A stretch of DNA of 64,000 nucleotides from positions 20,274,001 to 20,338,000 of the forward strand of contig NC_042999.1 in assembly GCF_006345805.1 (NCBI RefSeq), in the 5' to 3' direction. The stretch's first letter is position 1. Each line of letters starts with the position of its first letter. Origin of the DNA: Octopus sinensis. Lineage: Eukaryota. Below, in pieces: positions 39,611 to 54,954 of this stretch. A program made the position numbers and the translations under genes. Under the pieces are notes generated by a model. The model did no database searches. It saw nothing but the letters and a program-made list of their open reading frames with translations, and was not told the origin of the DNA.

Positions 39611-41091
39611 ACATGCATACATACATACATACATACATATATACATACATAAGGTGGCGAGCTGGCAGAAACTTTAGCGCGCCGGGGAAATTTCAAACCT
39701 GGGTTCTCATTCCTAAGGTATTTTTCGATGTTATTAATATTCTGTCATGAAATCTTGGAAATGACAAACTTCATAGGAAGTACTCAGGTGGCACCAGTAC
39801 TTGAAACCCCACATGCTTTTAGGAAAATGTTGCGTCTCTAAGCCAAAGGAAGGAGCCAAGCAATAACATAGATAACCCAAGAAGAGAAGAAATAAAGATA
39901 ATAGAGAGTCAGGACTATTGAAAAGGTTGCAAGACGCAACGAAAATTTCAAGAAAATAAAAATAAGAAATAAGTGGAAATCTTACCGGTGAGTGTGTTAC
40001 ATTATAAGGCACAAAAGAATGACTCTCCCCAGACACAACAGAATATGCTTCAACACACGAACTCACATAAAGAATCTTGAAAACCAAATCCAAAAACGAA
40101 AGATAATAGAATTATTAATTAAAATATTGACAATAATAACAACAACAATTTTAAATTGTTTACTAAAATTTGCTATACTTTGCAAAACAATTTGAAGGGG
40201 TATTAGTATTTGGAAATTAGTAGCATCTTGGCGGTTTTTGGTAATCTAGCTTTACTAGAATGAGGATAAATCTAAAATGAAATATATGTTTGTAGCCACA
40301 GAATTTGGTAAGAACTATCTCGAGGTAAAATGGAAAAGCTGTTAATCCTTTGCCTTCATATGAAGTCAATTCACCGACTGACTATTGCTTAAATTAAATA
40401 AAGCTGAAAGAAAAGGTGAAGGTAAAACTGATAAACACAGTTTTTTGGCGGAGTAGAAATTGGTGAGGGATGGCACTGTGCTGGTTGGGGGGAAAAGACT
40501 AAGACTAGTCAGGACAAAAATGGTAAATGGCAGTCTACTGAAAATACACGAAAGATTAATATATATGTGAAATTTTTCCTTCGTTTTCCTTCCTTCCTTC
40601 CTTCCTCTCTCTCTTTCCATCTCTCTCTCTCGCTTCCACTTTATCTCAAGTTCTATTTATTTTGTTGACGTCTCTCTCTTTCCCTGTCATCCATAATATA
40701 TGGTAACATACATATGCTAACATGTATATTCACACATTATTATACATCTGCTCATAGAAATGCAAAGATGTGTGTGTGTGTGTCTATCTGTCTGTTGTGT
40801 ATGTATGTGTGTGCATGCGCGTATGTGTGTGTGTGTGTTATTTGTGTGTTGTCTGTGTGTACATGTGCATGTGTGTGTATGTATATATCTATATATTTAC
40901 ATGGATATGTGACCGTAGTATGTATATATATGTATATATATATGTATATATATATGTGTATATATATATGTATATATATATATAGGTATATATATATATA
41001 TCAATATATATATATGTATATATATATGTATATATATACATGTATATATATACACATATACATATATATATACATATACATATATATAAAC

Positions 41092-41122
<31 letters not shown>

Positions 41123-41864
41123 TACATATGTTTACATATACACACATATGCGTGTTTGGAGGTGCGTGCGTCTCTGTATATGTATCTGAGAGGGATATAT
41201 AAATGCATATGTGTGTGTGTATATGTATGTGAGTGAGCGTGTGTCTATACATATATTTATGTGTGCTTATATATTATTCGCATATAACAGGGAAGCAAAA
41301 CGAAACGCACTCTTACCTACCAAACCGTACCAATCCGTACATCTTGCATTAAAAGCTCTGGGTAATTTCATCAGCTAACAGACATGAACGTTGTAAGTTC
41401 AGAGGAAAGAAGCGTAAAAATAATATAATAATAATAAAAACACATTAAAAAATTATAATGTAACAAAGTAAAATATATTAAAAAAATAAGATAAACTAAA
41501 TAAATAGAATCTGTTTTACGTTATGTGCATGCAAGTATATGCGTAAGTACATGTGGACATGTCTATGCCGGTATACACCTATATAGAGTCACACATCTAC
41601 ATACATTCACGTACAAATATATATTCATATATGTATATATGTATGTATATATATATATATATTATATATATATATAATATATATTTATATATATATATAT
41701 ATATAATATATATTTATATATGATATATATATATATATATATAATATATTTATATATATATAATATATAATATATATATTTACACACACATACCTGCATA
41801 CATATGTACATATATATATATATATACATATACATATATTAATACATATATATATATATATTTA

Positions 41865-41912
<48 letters not shown>

Positions 41913-41970
41913 TATATATATATATATATATATATAGGTATATATATATATATAAATGCATACATACTTG

Positions 41971-42003
<33 letters not shown>

Positions 42004-42574
42004 AGTTAGTGGGAAAGAATTGTACATACGAATTTACATTATACATAAGATTTTGGCAGGCAGCTAGCGGTCGAAAAGATGTACGGAAATGAAGAAAGTA
42101 AGAAAAGATAAAAAGGCAAAACGATAGAGAATTGACATTCCATAATGTAACATTGAACTTGAAGCATACAAAAAAAAAAAAAAAATAATAGTATGCATCG
42201 ACAGAACAAAAAAAAAAGAAAAATAACATAAAGTAAAACAAAATAAATACAAGATCAAGACATTTTACTTCCCACAAATGACAAACATACTTCCTGTTTA
42301 AAATTCCTTCTCTGTTCTTCGATTCTTTGTAACTTACGCGCACTAACTTATTTTTATACTAATTTACTGACGTTTTGGCTCATTCATCACTCACTCACTC
42401 GCTCACTCATCCACTCATTCACTCACCCACACTGATTCACTCAATCACTCACTCATTCACTCATAACACATCTGGGACTGTTTTTTTTTTTACAGTTCAT
42501 GGAAAAGCGATCACTCGAAGGTTCCGGTTCAATGTTCATTAAGGGTTGCATTTCGAAAACAGTAGGAATATATA

Positions 42575-42987
42575 TTTTTTTACTGCCCACAAGGGGCTAA
42601 ACATAGAGGGGGACAAACAAGGACAGACAAAGGGATTAAGTCGATTACATCGACCCCAGTGCGAAACTGGTACTTTATTTATCGAGCCCGAAAGGATGAA
42701 AGGTAAAGTCGACCTCGGCGGAATTTGAACTCAGAACGTAACGACAGACGAAATACCTATTTCTTTATTACCCACAAGGGGCTAAACACAGAGGGGACAA
42801 ACAAGGACAGACAAAGGGATTAAGTCGATTACATCGACCCCAGTGCGAAACTGGTACTTTATTTTTCGACCCCGAAAGGATGAAAGGCAAAGTCGACCTC
42901 GGCGGAATTTGAACTCACAACGTAACGGCAGCCGAAATACCGCTAAGCATTTCGCCCGGCGCGCTATCGTTTCTGCCAGCTCGCCGT
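42575..42987 (-). mobile_element. SINE B tandem (period 185 bp)
   Basis: CCCACAAGGGG at 42586 and 42771; full head at the right end. Confidence 0.9.
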
Positions 42988-43229
42988 AGGAATATACTAG
43001 GAGCTTTGAATAAGTACTATTCCCGGCTCCCTTAGAGTGTCAGGAACTAACGCCTTGAAAGATTTGTCCGATAGTTCTTCCTATAAATTTTCTCCGTCTG
43101 CCAGCTTGAGCCTCAACGATTTCCCACTCACTCCAATGTATAAAATGATCTTTTACAACCGTAGTGTTCAATTTGTTGGTTATTTGGCAACTCTTTGAAA
43201 GTCGAGTATTTTTCAAAAAGGTCTATGAA

Positions 43230-43796
43230 TTGGGTTGTCCGGAAAGTTCGTGCCGATTTATAGTAGCTTAACTTTCGACTTATTTTAGAACATGGTTGAG
43301 TCCATAAAATAGGATTTGACTACACCTCCATTTAGAGTACAGTTTTAAGCTATCTTTTCGTGGAAAGAGAGTTATATTCCTATAACCTATGTTAATTCTG
43401 TAACCCTTTAAAATGGAAGATAAGAATGTTCATCTTCGGCACTTGATGCTTTGGGAACCAGACAAAAATTGCTGCTGCTCGGCTGGGATGTGTTGCCCCA
43501 CCCTCCATATTCACCAGATATTGCTCCTTCGGATTTCCACTTATTCAGGTCTCTGCAGAATAGTCTTAATGGTAAAAATTTCAATTCCTTGGATGACGTA
43601 AAAAGATACCTCGATGAATTCTTTGCCATGAAACCACCTCAATTCTGGGAAGTGGGTTTTTTCAAGTTAAAGGAAAAATGAAGACGCATTGTGCAAGAAA
43701 ATAGTTTATATTTGGTTGATTAAAAATGTAATGGCAAGTATTTATTGACCTCTTTCTTTCCTTTAAAAATCGGCACGAACTTTCCGAACAACCCAA
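43230..43796 (+). mobile_element. Internally deleted mariner, copy 3
   Basis: TIR TTGGGTTGTCCGGAAAGTTCGTGCCG; HPPYSPDIAPSDFHLF; same junction. Confidence 0.93.
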
Positions 43797-45135
43797 TAGA
43801 AAAATAACAAGAGTATCAACAAATACTACAACAGGCATTCTAAAGCCATTTACCCTACCTATGTGTGGTTAACGTCGCGACATTCCGTCCATGATCAAGC
43901 GGTTCATTTTCTGTTATCAGACACAGCGTGTCTGGGACTGTATTTTTACAATGCATTAAACCAATTTTTACAACGATAGGGTGTAATTTGTTTATGATTT
44001 GATTGGTAGTTTTGGAAGATACATCACTGTCGATGGAGTGAAATAGTTAGCAGAAGAAAGATCAAATACAGAAACAAACATTTTAAAGCTATTTTCTCAG
44101 CCTATTTCTGGTTAGCCCTGCGGGTTAAATGAAAATATAATCGTACACAAACAACATGGTCGATTTTTTGAGCCAGTGATTTATGGCCAGATGCGTTTCC
44201 TGTCAACAGACCTTTTAGTGGCAGCATACGACATACGGAAATACAGTGTAGTTATTCTGAAACCAATATATATACAGTAAATAGAAAGTTTTGAAAAGAC
44301 ACCTGAGTAATTAATGAAAATCTATTCACGACTAAGCAGTAGTATTAATGTAGAACAGAACAGAATGCTATTTCACGACTCGGGAGGCTTCACTAGATCT
44401 GGTTAATAGTTTCTGTTGCGTAGTTGATTTAATTAGAGCTAATTGTTGTTATACTGAAGTATAGTTTTGAGTAGGAAGTAAGAGAAAGATGTTCAAAAAC
44501 CTACTACCTCTGTTGATATTTAAAAGTTGCGACAGGCCAGCTAGGCATGCTAGATATAACAGTCAAATCTCATTCAGATTATACTATAATATTTCGTTTT
44601 GTATCTGGTTTGCAAGATTCTTGATGGGAACTCACACGCTAAAACATACGTTGTTGCATCTCGGAACGGTCATTATACCAGTTATAAACACGTGTACTGG
44701 TTCCATTTTATCACTTTATTATTTATTTGTTAATTGGTTAACTACGTAACCAATTACATAACCGATTGTCTAGGTCTATCGAAGACATTTCGTTGCCAGT
44801 AGCGACCTCATCAATAACACACTCAGTCTAGACCTGGAGAAAGGATGGCATTTCATTGAAGAGGTTGCAAATGGTGACGAAGGAACTTTGACAAATTAAC
44901 TGAACGATTAATTGAACAATCGATAAGCTAATTGGTCAAATTTTAACTAATTAACAAATAAATAATGATAGGCTTGGCTGTGTGGTAAGAAACTTGCTTC
45001 CAAACCACACAGTTAAAGGTTCAGTCCCACTACGTGACACCTTGGGGAAATGTCTTCTACTATAGCCTCGGGCCGACCAAAGCTTTGGGAGTGGATTTGG
45101 TAGATGGAAACTGAAAGAAGCTCGTCGTATATATA

Positions 45136-45446
45136 TGAAGGTGCATTGCCTAGTGGTTAGAACATCGGTCTTACGATCGTGAGTTTGTGAGCTCGAATCC
45201 CGGATCGGGCTGCGTGTTGTGTTCTTAAGCAAGACACTTTAGCTGTAGAAATGAGTTGCAACGTCACAGGTGTCAAGCTGTATCGGCCTTTGCCTTTCCC
45301 TTGGATAAAACTGGTGGCGTGGAGAGGGGAGGCCGGTATGCATGGGTGACTGCTGGTCTTCCATAAGCAACCTTTCCCGGAGTTGTGCTTGGGAGGGTAG
45401 CTTTCTAGGTGCAATCCTATGGTCAGTCATGACCGAAGGAGATCTC
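45136..45446 (+). mobile_element. SINE family C
   Basis: Homologous to 23943-24278. Confidence 0.85.
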
Positions 45447-45502
45447 ATGTATATATATATATATATGTTGGTTTTGTTTATTTTTGATATATTTTGAATA
45501 TA

Positions 45503-45564
45503 TTTCACTGATGAACAAAAGACGTAGATAATACGTTAATTGCGAAATCACAGGTGATCTGGAA
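45503..45564 (+). ncRNA. Type I hammerhead ribozyme with extended stem II, inside a TA-flanked element (about 45460-45690)
   Basis: UUUCA CUGAUGA [A-CAA..GACGUA-GAUAA-UACGUU..UUG-C] GAAA UCAC-AG-GUGA UC UGGAA. The first stem II pair is an A.C mismatch; predicted cut after 45559. Confidence 0.72.
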
Positions 45565-45687
45565 CTAAATTCTGTTTTTAAATGTCTTGCTTCGAAAGCT
45601 ACATTCGGTACGATTCGTTTACTTTTGGTAGTAATGACTTTGGAAGTCCCTCCTAGCGTGTGGCATTTATGTGTAATAATGCCCTCC

Positions 45688-45794
<107 letters not shown>

Positions 45795-46585
45795 GTATGT
45801 ATATATGTATGTATATATGTATCTATGTATGTATGCATTGTTTATAAGTCGCAAATACTAAACGGACACAGAATGTGTGTCGTTAGCCAGCTAGAAGAGA
45901 TGTCTTCCTGGGGGTTATAAACGCCAGTAGCACTGTCCGGTATGTATGTGTGTCTGTGCTCATCCCCCCTTCCACCGATTGGCAACCGGTGTTGATGTAT
46001 TTACATGTAACTTAGCAGTTCGGCAAAAAATATCGATTGAATATGTACCTAGCTTTAAAAAAAGTACTGGGGTCGATACATTCTATAAATCGTTCAGGGC
46101 AGCACCCCAGCATAGCTGTAGTCTAACGACTGAAGCAAGTAAAGGATAGAAGATAGAAAATGAAGTGCATTAGAACCAGTGTATGTATTTTATTAGCAAA
46201 CCGACACTCCCGAATACAGCAAACTATACAATAATCATTTTAAAAAAGTGTGTCAATGTAGATAATGTAATCCTGATATACTATATCGCTGAATCTTTTT
46301 CATTTTCTTAAGTATTTACAATGGCTTCCGTTATTGGACAGTTGCCATGTTGCGGCACCGCCTCAAAGACCTCTAGTCAATAATATCGACCCTGTTACTT
46401 CGTTTAGGACTTCTTTCATCTTTGTTTTGTAAGATAACACGAAGTAGTAAGCGAGGGGAAGAGAACCCAATCGGATTTGAGTAACCACAGGGTGTTCCGG
46501 TTCAAATGTACTGTTTGTCATCCGACGAGGATATAAATTTATGCACACCATCACACACAAGCAAACACACTCACACACACACACA

Positions 46586-46638
<53 letters not shown>

Positions 46639-47170
46639 AGATAGATAGATAGATGGATATAGATATGAATATAGATATAGATATATATGTATATGTACAC
46701 ATATGTATATCTATATATACACATATATATACATACATACACACATACAGTACTAGATACAGAAGTGCGTTCTGCATTTATGATTTATTGTATTTTCGTT
46801 TGACCTTTTCGCACAGTTTGTTTTGGTATGGTAAAGTTCTTAAAGTTCTAACTTCAACCTTTCTAGTCATAGTCTCATCTTCAAAGGAAATAATGATGGC
46901 ATGTGTTGCTGTCTCTGTATAGCAGACATTATTACCGGATCATTAGATATCTTCGTCATCAGTCAGCTGTGTATTTTGTTTCCGACTGGTGAAAGTTGTC
47001 TCGGTATTTCTAGAAGTATTGTACAATAAGTATGGCTTCAGTTATATTCAATAGGCAATTACCTGTCGTGAGACAGGTAATGAAGATAGGGCGGCCTCAG
47101 GATTACATGAAAACTAGCTTCAGTTTTGCAGGGCAGAGAAAATTAGGACAAAGCAGAAGGTGTAAGACAC

Positions 47171-47205
<35 letters not shown>

Positions 47206-47894
47206 AAGGGAGATAGAGAGAGAAAGAGAGAGAGAGAGAGAGACAGAGAGACAGAGACAGAGAGAGCGGGAGAGAAAGGGAGAGATGAAATCAATGGAAA
47301 GAGATTTTTTAAAAAACAATCCTTTCTTGTTCACAGATGAATTCTTCAAAAAACCAAAATGTGGGAAGCTGATAGTTGATATGTCATAAAGGAGGAGTGC
47401 AAGTGGACAGCAGAATAGCAGTAGTTCAAATTGATCCTAGAAGAGCGGTTAAGACGATTGACTGCAGCTGTTTGGACGCTGTCTATTTGACACTGCTGAC
47501 GGAACACTCAGCCTGTTTTGGCGTTGAATGCAATCCACCCCTTCGGTTGTAAATGATTCGGCAAAAATTCAGTGCTTCGATAAGCATTGGTTTTGATATT
47601 GCTGCATAGACTTTAATTCCAAATTGGAAGCAATTATCCTTTTAGGAGGAACTTTTTAAAACATATGGACTCTACAGAAAAGTAGTGATCTCAGTGATCC
47701 TTCGACTGCTTATATATAATTTTATTCTTTACTTAAAACACACACGCACACATACATACGGACACACAAACACACATACATACATACATACACACATACA
47801 TACATACATACATACATACACACATACATACATACATACATACATACATACATACATACATACATACATACATGTCCGAAGTCAGTCGCCATGA

Positions 47895-48084
47895 TAGATC
47901 GTTAGCCACTACACATATTTTTTCTCTCTTTGTTTCCCTCCTTGTTTTTTTTCTGTGTCCCTTTCCGTAGAAGAGCGTAGGCTCGAAACGTAAAATACTT
48001 TTTCTATTCCTGAGCATTATATTAATACATATGTTTGTTTTGTACGCCACCTGTCTTCGTCTTTGGTTTTTTCGTAAACTGTCC

Positions 48085-48087
<3 letters not shown>
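47895..48087 (+). mobile_element. Family H1 element; motif at 47961-47996
   Basis: CUUU CCGUAGA A GAGC-GUAG-GCUC GAAA CGU A AAAU; the 3' end abuts (TA)n. Confidence 0.75.
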
Positions 48088-48151
<64 letters not shown>

Positions 48152-48155
<4 letters not shown>

Positions 48156-48440
48156 TTATTTCTAATTCTCTCTAAAGGAGAATACGGTAGCGGTACTGGA
48201 TATTAATAGTTATCACCAAGCTAACATGGCAGTCCACAAAAATTGAACGAATGCTGCCGTTGATTAGCTCCAAGATGAAAATACAACGCGAGGACGTGGA
48301 ACAAGTATAGTGTTATTGGACGCTCAGGAAAGGAAAGAAAGAAGGAGGATTTAACGTTTCGAGCGGAGCACTTCGTCAGAAACATAGAAAATGGAATGGA
48401 AGACCGAGGGAAAAAATATATATGCCTTTCTTGCGAAAGT
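48152..48440 (-). mobile_element. Family H2 element; minimal hammerhead at 48349-48383
   Basis: GUUU CUGACGA A GUGC-UCC-GCUC GAAA CGU U AAAU; related to 57132-57350. Confidence 0.7.
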
Positions 48441-48888
48441 CTTTTTGGGGGTCGAACAGAAGACTATGAAGTTGAAAAAAACCCACATAACCCTATGTGT
48501 ACATTTGCGTTCATATCTCATCTCACATAAGCTATAAACTGAATATGTTCCAACTTTTTCCAACGTGCCAAATGCAGATATACGAATCTGTTCATAGAAA
48601 CCAAATCGGTTATACAAGTATAATATAAAATTAAAATATAGATTATACAGAACAATAAAATTTCTTTCAGATTTTTGGAGTCAATAACAGTTAGTAGTAA
48701 ACAATTAATTCAGATACAGACCAAATAATACACGAATTGTTTGCTTTTGTTTTCATTCATATTTAACAGAAAGGAATTGACGGTGCATATCGACATAAAT
48801 ATGCTTCCATTTTGCTTCGTTTTAAACTGTAGCCATTTACTTAAATGAATTGCTTTATCCACATTTAGGATTTATGCTAAATTTGTCC

Positions 48889-48939
48889 GTTATTATTATT
48901 ATTATTATTATTATTATATTATTATTATTATTATTATTA

Positions 48940-48970
<31 letters not shown>

Positions 48971-49080
48971 CATTATTATTATTATTATTATTATCATTAT
49001 TATTATTATTATTATTATCATTATTATTATTATTATTATTATCATTCTTCTTCTTCTTATTATTATTATTATTATTATTA

Positions 49081-49159
<79 letters not shown>

Positions 49160-49195
49160 CATTATTATCATTATTATTATTATTATTTATTACTA
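48889..49195 (+). repeat. (TTA)n microsatellite
   Basis: Seen directly. Confidence 0.95.
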
Positions 49196-49825
49196 ATATA
49201 TTAGATTTACTCTTCGAGCTTGTTATTATTAATATTATTTTGCTTATCTGCATATTTGCATTCGAATGGAAATTGGAAGTAAACTTAATGGTCTACAAAC
49301 AAATCCGATAACGTTTATATATATATATATTTTTTTTTTTTCTAAATGATTTGGATACAAAGTTATATTTATTACAATAGAAATTGAAATAAATATTGGA
49401 ATTAAGCTTTTGTTTACATAACACCTAAAATCGTTTCGTATATTATTCCCAGTGCTTTCAATGCTGTTCTCCAACAAACATTGATCTTAAGCATTTAATT
49501 CAATACGTTACTGCTTTAAACAGCACACACTTTTGCAACATTTAGAATTCACATTAAAGTTTTCTGTTTAAAATAGTATTCGGGTTGAATATAGAAGGGA
49601 CAAAAATAAAATAACTGTGCTGCCTCTTTTATTACGTGTCTGTATAGCTTTTAATTGATGCTTTCGCAAAATGGCCGAGTTTACACAACTGACACAATAA
49701 TTTCAATGAAAATTTTGCAATCAAGCATTCAATACGTTTAATCCAATTGTTCGCTGACATTTCCAAAAATTTATACATCGTTATTTATATTCATAACTAT
49801 ATAAGTGTGTGTGTGTGTATGTGTG

Positions 49826-49859
<34 letters not shown>

Positions 49860-50008
49860 CGTGCGTGCGTATGTGTGTATGTGCGTGTGTCTGTGGTTCT
49901 GTGTGTGTGTGACTGAAATCCAGTGCGAGCATATGAGATCAATGTATTATGAATTATATAGGCCTATAAACACATATCTATCTATCGATCGATAAATCTC
50001 TCTCACTC

Positions 50009-50088
<80 letters not shown>

Positions 50089-50093
<5 letters not shown>

Positions 50094-50462
50094 ATATATA
50101 ACGGCAGTTTGTCTGTGTGTGTTTCTGTGTGTCTGTTTGCTTGTACCCTCACCCTGACCACGGCTTTCAACCGATTCTGATGAAACTTGACACACACATA
50201 GCCCAATGTCATAATTCAAAACTAACGCAGCGAAAATTTTGAAAAGTTCCCCCAGTTCTGAAAAAAATCGATAAATTCGACATGGGGTCGAGAATCAGAA
50301 ACACGAACCACAAACTGTCTAGGGGACGCAACTCCACCTTTTTTAAATCTCAAAAAAAAATTTACCATCATTTTTTTCCATTTTTTTGCTATCTTTTGGC
50401 TATAACTTTATAGTTATTTCCCTTACAAAGCCGAGCAACGCCGGGCGATACTGCTAGTATAT

Positions 50463-50505
<43 letters not shown>

Positions 50506-50859
50506 GGCAGTTTGTCTGTGTGTGTTTCTGTGTGTCTGTTTGCTTGTACCCTCACCCTGACCACGGCTTTCAACCGATTCTGATGAAACTTGACACACAC
50601 ATAGCCCAATGTCATAATTCAAAACTAACGCAGCGAAAATTTTGAAAAGTTCCCCCAGTTCTGAAAAAAATCGATAAATTCGACATGGGGTCGAGAATCA
50701 GAAACACGAACCACAAACTGTCTAGGGGACGCAACTCCACCTTTTTTAAATCTCAAAAAAAAATTTACCATCATTTTTTTCCATTTTTTTGCTATCTTTT
50801 GGCTATAACTTTATAGTTATTTCCCTTACAAAGCCGAGCAACGCCGGGCGATACTGCTA

Positions 50860-50860
<1 letters not shown>
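50089..50860 (+). mobile_element. Head-to-tail tandem of two non-autonomous Helitron-like units in (TA)n
   Basis: TC start at 50089; GCCGAGCAACGCCGGGC hairpin and CTAG|T ends at 50457 and 50860; the units are near identical. Confidence 0.85.
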
Positions 50861-50908
<48 letters not shown>

Positions 50909-50912
<4 letters not shown>

Positions 50913-51034
50913 GTGAACCTCGGTTTACGAACGACTCTGATCACGAATAATCGTACGTTATCTTCTGTATTTCTCATGTTCATTTAATACTGTAGTACCT
51001 CGGTTTATGAACGTCTCTGACCACGAATAAATCG
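50909..51034 (+). mobile_element. Two same-orientation pogo/Tigger-like terminal fragments
   Basis: TA|CAGTGAACCTCGGTTTACGAAC and TA|CTGTAGTACCTCGGTTTATGAAC. Confidence 0.5.
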
Positions 51035-51039
51035 TGCTT

Positions 51040-51216
<177 letters not shown>

Positions 51217-51269
51217 ATATCTGTACGTTATAATTATTATTATTATTATTATATTATTATTATTATTAT

Positions 51270-51470
51270 TAGCCACTTGTGGGTTGTAAAGAAATAGGTA
51301 TTTCGTCCGTCTTTACGCTCTGAGTTCAAATTCCGCCGAGGTCGACTTTGCTTTTCATTCTTTCAGGGTCGATAAATTAAGTACCAGTTGCGTACTGGGG
51401 GTCTATGTAATCGGTTAGCCCCCCCTCCTCCCAAAATTTCGGGCCTTGTGCCTAGAGTAGAAAAGAATAT
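51270..51470 (+). mobile_element. SINE B starting with a tail-to-body junction; another B copy at 52878-53085
   Basis: CTTGTGGGTTGTAAAGAAATAG|GTATTTCGTC..GAGTTCAAATTCCGCCGAGGTCGAC. Confidence 0.8.
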
Positions 51471-51904
51471 TTCCCAACATGTCCAAATACTATTCTTTTA
51501 TTTGCTTCAGTTATTGGAGTGCAGCCACACTTGAACAACATCTCGAAGATGGTCCCAGGGCCTGTTTTTAAATTATGGTACTTATTATATAAACCCCCTT
51601 TTACTCAATCTTTAAGGTACATGATTGTAAACAAACGAACAACGGTTGGTTATTGGTGAAAGAGAGAGACAGAGATACAGACATAGAGATGCACATGTAT
51701 ACACGATGGGCTTATCCATAGTTTCTGTCTACCAAATTCACTCACAAGGCATTTGTCGACCCGGAGAAAAAATAGAAGATATTTGCCCAAGGCACCTTGC
51801 AGTTGGAGATTGAACTCAAAAATCCATGGTTGCAATGTGAGATTTCTAACCACAATCCTAATTTAAATTATAAAAGATATCGATGTACTAGATTATATTA
51901 TTTA

Positions 51905-52196
51905 TCTATGCGCCCTTTTCAAGACTAGCCAGGCTCATGGGCCCGGTTTTCCGGTTTCTATGGCATATGTGTTCCTCCCAGCTGCACGGGACGCCAGTCC
52001 ATCGCAGCGTTAATCAAGAAACAGGAAGACAGAGTGAGAGAAAGTTGGAGCGAAAGAGTACAACGAGGGTCGCCACCACAACCTGCCGGAGCCTCGTGGA
52101 GATTTAGGTGTTTTCGCTTAAGAAACACTCACAACGCCCGGTCTGGAAATGGAAACCGCGACCCGCTGCCCTTAACCACTGAGCCATTGTACCTCC
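51905..52196 (-). mobile_element. tRNA-derived SINE family D
   Basis: Head GGAGGTACAATGGCTCAGTGGTTAAGG; body shared with 59131-59419 but a different tail. Confidence 0.8.
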
Positions 52197-53993
52197 ACAC
52201 ACGAGATAATATTACTGTAGATATTATGGCATATTTTACTGACACAACCAATAAATTATGCATACTTTAATTAATTCTCATTTGAATGGTTTTAAGTTCA
52301 GTAACCTAGACGACGAAAACATATTAGAATGTGAAGCTAATTAACTTTCATTTCATAAACTATATTCCAATGACAGGGGGAAAAAAAACATTACTGTGTA
52401 TTGCCATATTGGTGGGGAAAGCATTTGACCTCATTTGCAGTATTTCAACTATAGCGAAGACCACGTTAACCCTTTAGAATTTAAACTGGCCGTATCTAAC
52501 TGAATTACTCTACCTGTTTTATGTTCAAATTGACCAGATTAAGGTTTGTATCACCTACTCTACAATGTCACTCTAAAAATAAGCAATCACATCATCAACA
52601 TTTCTAAGATACGTGATAATGCGTGATTAATTCAAAGTAATGTGAATAGATAAGAATTAAATTTGACAGTAGTTTGAAAGATAAAGAGTCAAAAACATAT
52701 ATTCGTTATGATTACCTCCGTCTATCTGCCTGTCTTACCTTCTATCATCCATTTCTTTATCCTCCTTTTCCCTCTCTCATTCTCGCCCCTTTTCTCTCCA
52801 CTTTCTTTCCTTCTTCTTCCTCGCTCTTTTCAATGACATCTACTACAATTTCCATCTAAACTTGGTATCATGGTTGAGGGCGACGAACTGGCAGAAACGT
52901 TAGCACGCCGGGTGAAGTGCTTTGCGGTATTTTGTCTGCCGTTACGTTCTGAGTTCAAATTCCGCCGAGGTCGACTTTGCCTTTCATCCTTCCGGGGTCG
53001 ATAAATTAAGTATCAGTTACGCACTGGGGTCGATGTAATCGACTTAATCTGTTTGTCTGTCCTTGTTTGTCCTCTCCGTGTTTGTCTACCTTGAGTAACG
53101 TGAAATTAGTAACGTGAAATTAAGGTTCGTCTACACTTATAAGCGTTGATTTTTTTTCTTGTTTCGCTGAAAACAACTTCACCCTTTCGTCAGTGAATTC
53201 TTAACAAATTTTGCAGTGTGATTCCTAAAAAATGCTTTAAGAAACTGTGGATCAGTGTGACCCGAAGGGGTAGATGGAATAGTGAGGAATCAAGCAAAGG
53301 AGATGTAGAAACACCATAAATTGTAAAGGAAAAGTAGTTGAGCAAAAGTGTTAGTACAGAAACGTTCTTAGTTTGTCAGGTCGAATTCCTTTTCAGTCTT
53401 TCTTTAATCACCATTTCTCATAATCACACACAATTACACATACAGACACGTTCTCATCCAACTATCGTAATATGGGTGTATACGAGTGCACGTGCGTATG
53501 TTTGTGTACACGTGTACGTGTCTGTGCGCATGAAAGTATATGCACAGACACACATATACACACACACACATACATATAAAAATATAAAAAAATAAACGGC
53601 TTAAAGGAGGAGCCTCGAAATAATTGAAACACGTGTATGTTTTCTCTTTTCACGAGAACTGGTGTAAATTTTTAACAAAGGTCGACAAAGTTTTGTGTAT
53701 TTTAGTGCATCTTAAAGCTAAATCAAGGACTGGAAGTCCCCAAATTTTCAGTTGTTTCTCAAACTGTGTTTTGGCTGGATGCTGTCAGATACCAACGAGC
53801 CTCCCCTCCACTACCGAAATAATATTAACCTTTAGTTTTTCTGTTTCTTTTTAATATGAAAGTCCCACCAAAGAAAGCGAGAAGCCACTTAGTGTAGAGG
53901 ACTTTGAAGAAAGAGAAAAATTAAGACGGAAAGACTGAATTTACTTTAGACTTGAAAGAGTTCAGGTCATAAAAATGGAGTTAAACAATGATA

Positions 53994-54434
53994 GGCGTAG
54001 GAGTAGCTGTGTGGTAAGTAGCTTGCTTACCAACCACATGGTTCCGGGTTCAGTTCCTCTGCGTGGCATCTTGGGCAAGTGTCTTCTACTATAGCCGCGG
54101 ACCGACCAAAGCCTTGTGAGTGATTTGGTAGACGGAAACTGAAAGAAGCCCGTCGTATATATATATGTATGTATATATATATATGTGTGTGTGTCTCTGT
54201 GTGTGTCTGTGAGTGTGTGTGTGTTTGTGAATCTGTATTTGTCCCCCAAAGTCGCTTGACAACCGATGGTGGTGTGTTTATGTCTCCGTAACTTAACGGT
54301 TCGGCAAAAGAGACCGATAAAATAAGTACTAGGCTTACAAAGAATAAGTCCTGGGGTCGATTTGCTCGACTAAAAGGTGGTGCTCTAGCATGGCCATATT
54401 CAAATGACTGAAACAGGTAAAAGAGTAAAAGAGT
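53994..54434 (+). mobile_element. SINE family A, full length
   Basis: As 7434-7841. Confidence 0.9.
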
Positions 54435-54739
54435 AATGAGATGGAAGAGTATTCCAAAGTTTGGCAGTTCCAGGGAAAAAGCTACGACTGTAGAAATAAT
54501 TCCTTTTAAAGGACATGCACGTAGGTGTTACCCAAATGCACTGTAGATTTGTAAGGCAATAAACATACGAACGAAAAATCGGAACTAACACTGGTGAGAC
54601 TTTATACCAGAAATATAAAAATATACAGGTACATTTATACCAACTTCTCTGAATATAAAAAGCAAAGCAATAATATATATGGGTGTGTGTGTGTGTATGT
54701 CAGTGTATATGTGTATGTATGTATGTATATATATATATA

Positions 54740-54929
54740 TGCACGCATTTTTTTCTCTCCTTCTTTCTGTGTTTTTTTTCTCTCTGTGTATCTTTCTGTT
54801 GAAGAGCGTAGGCTCGAAACGTTAAAGACTTGTTTTATTTATATTTCCTGAGCGCCATACTAATACAATTGTTTGTTTGTTTCCCACCTGCATTCGTCTT
54901 TTGTCTATTTTCATAAAGCTTCCCGTTAT
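54740..54929 (+). mobile_element. Family H1 element; motif at 54791-54828
   Basis: UCUUU CUGUUGA A GAGC-GUAG-GCUC GAAA CGU U AAAGA; flanked by TA tracts. Confidence 0.78.
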
Positions 54930-54954
54930 ATATATATATATATATATATATTAA

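Noticed and set aside
50172-50185. CTGATGAAAC as a hammerhead core in the Helitron units
   Set aside because: There is no stem II between CUGAUGA and GAAA.
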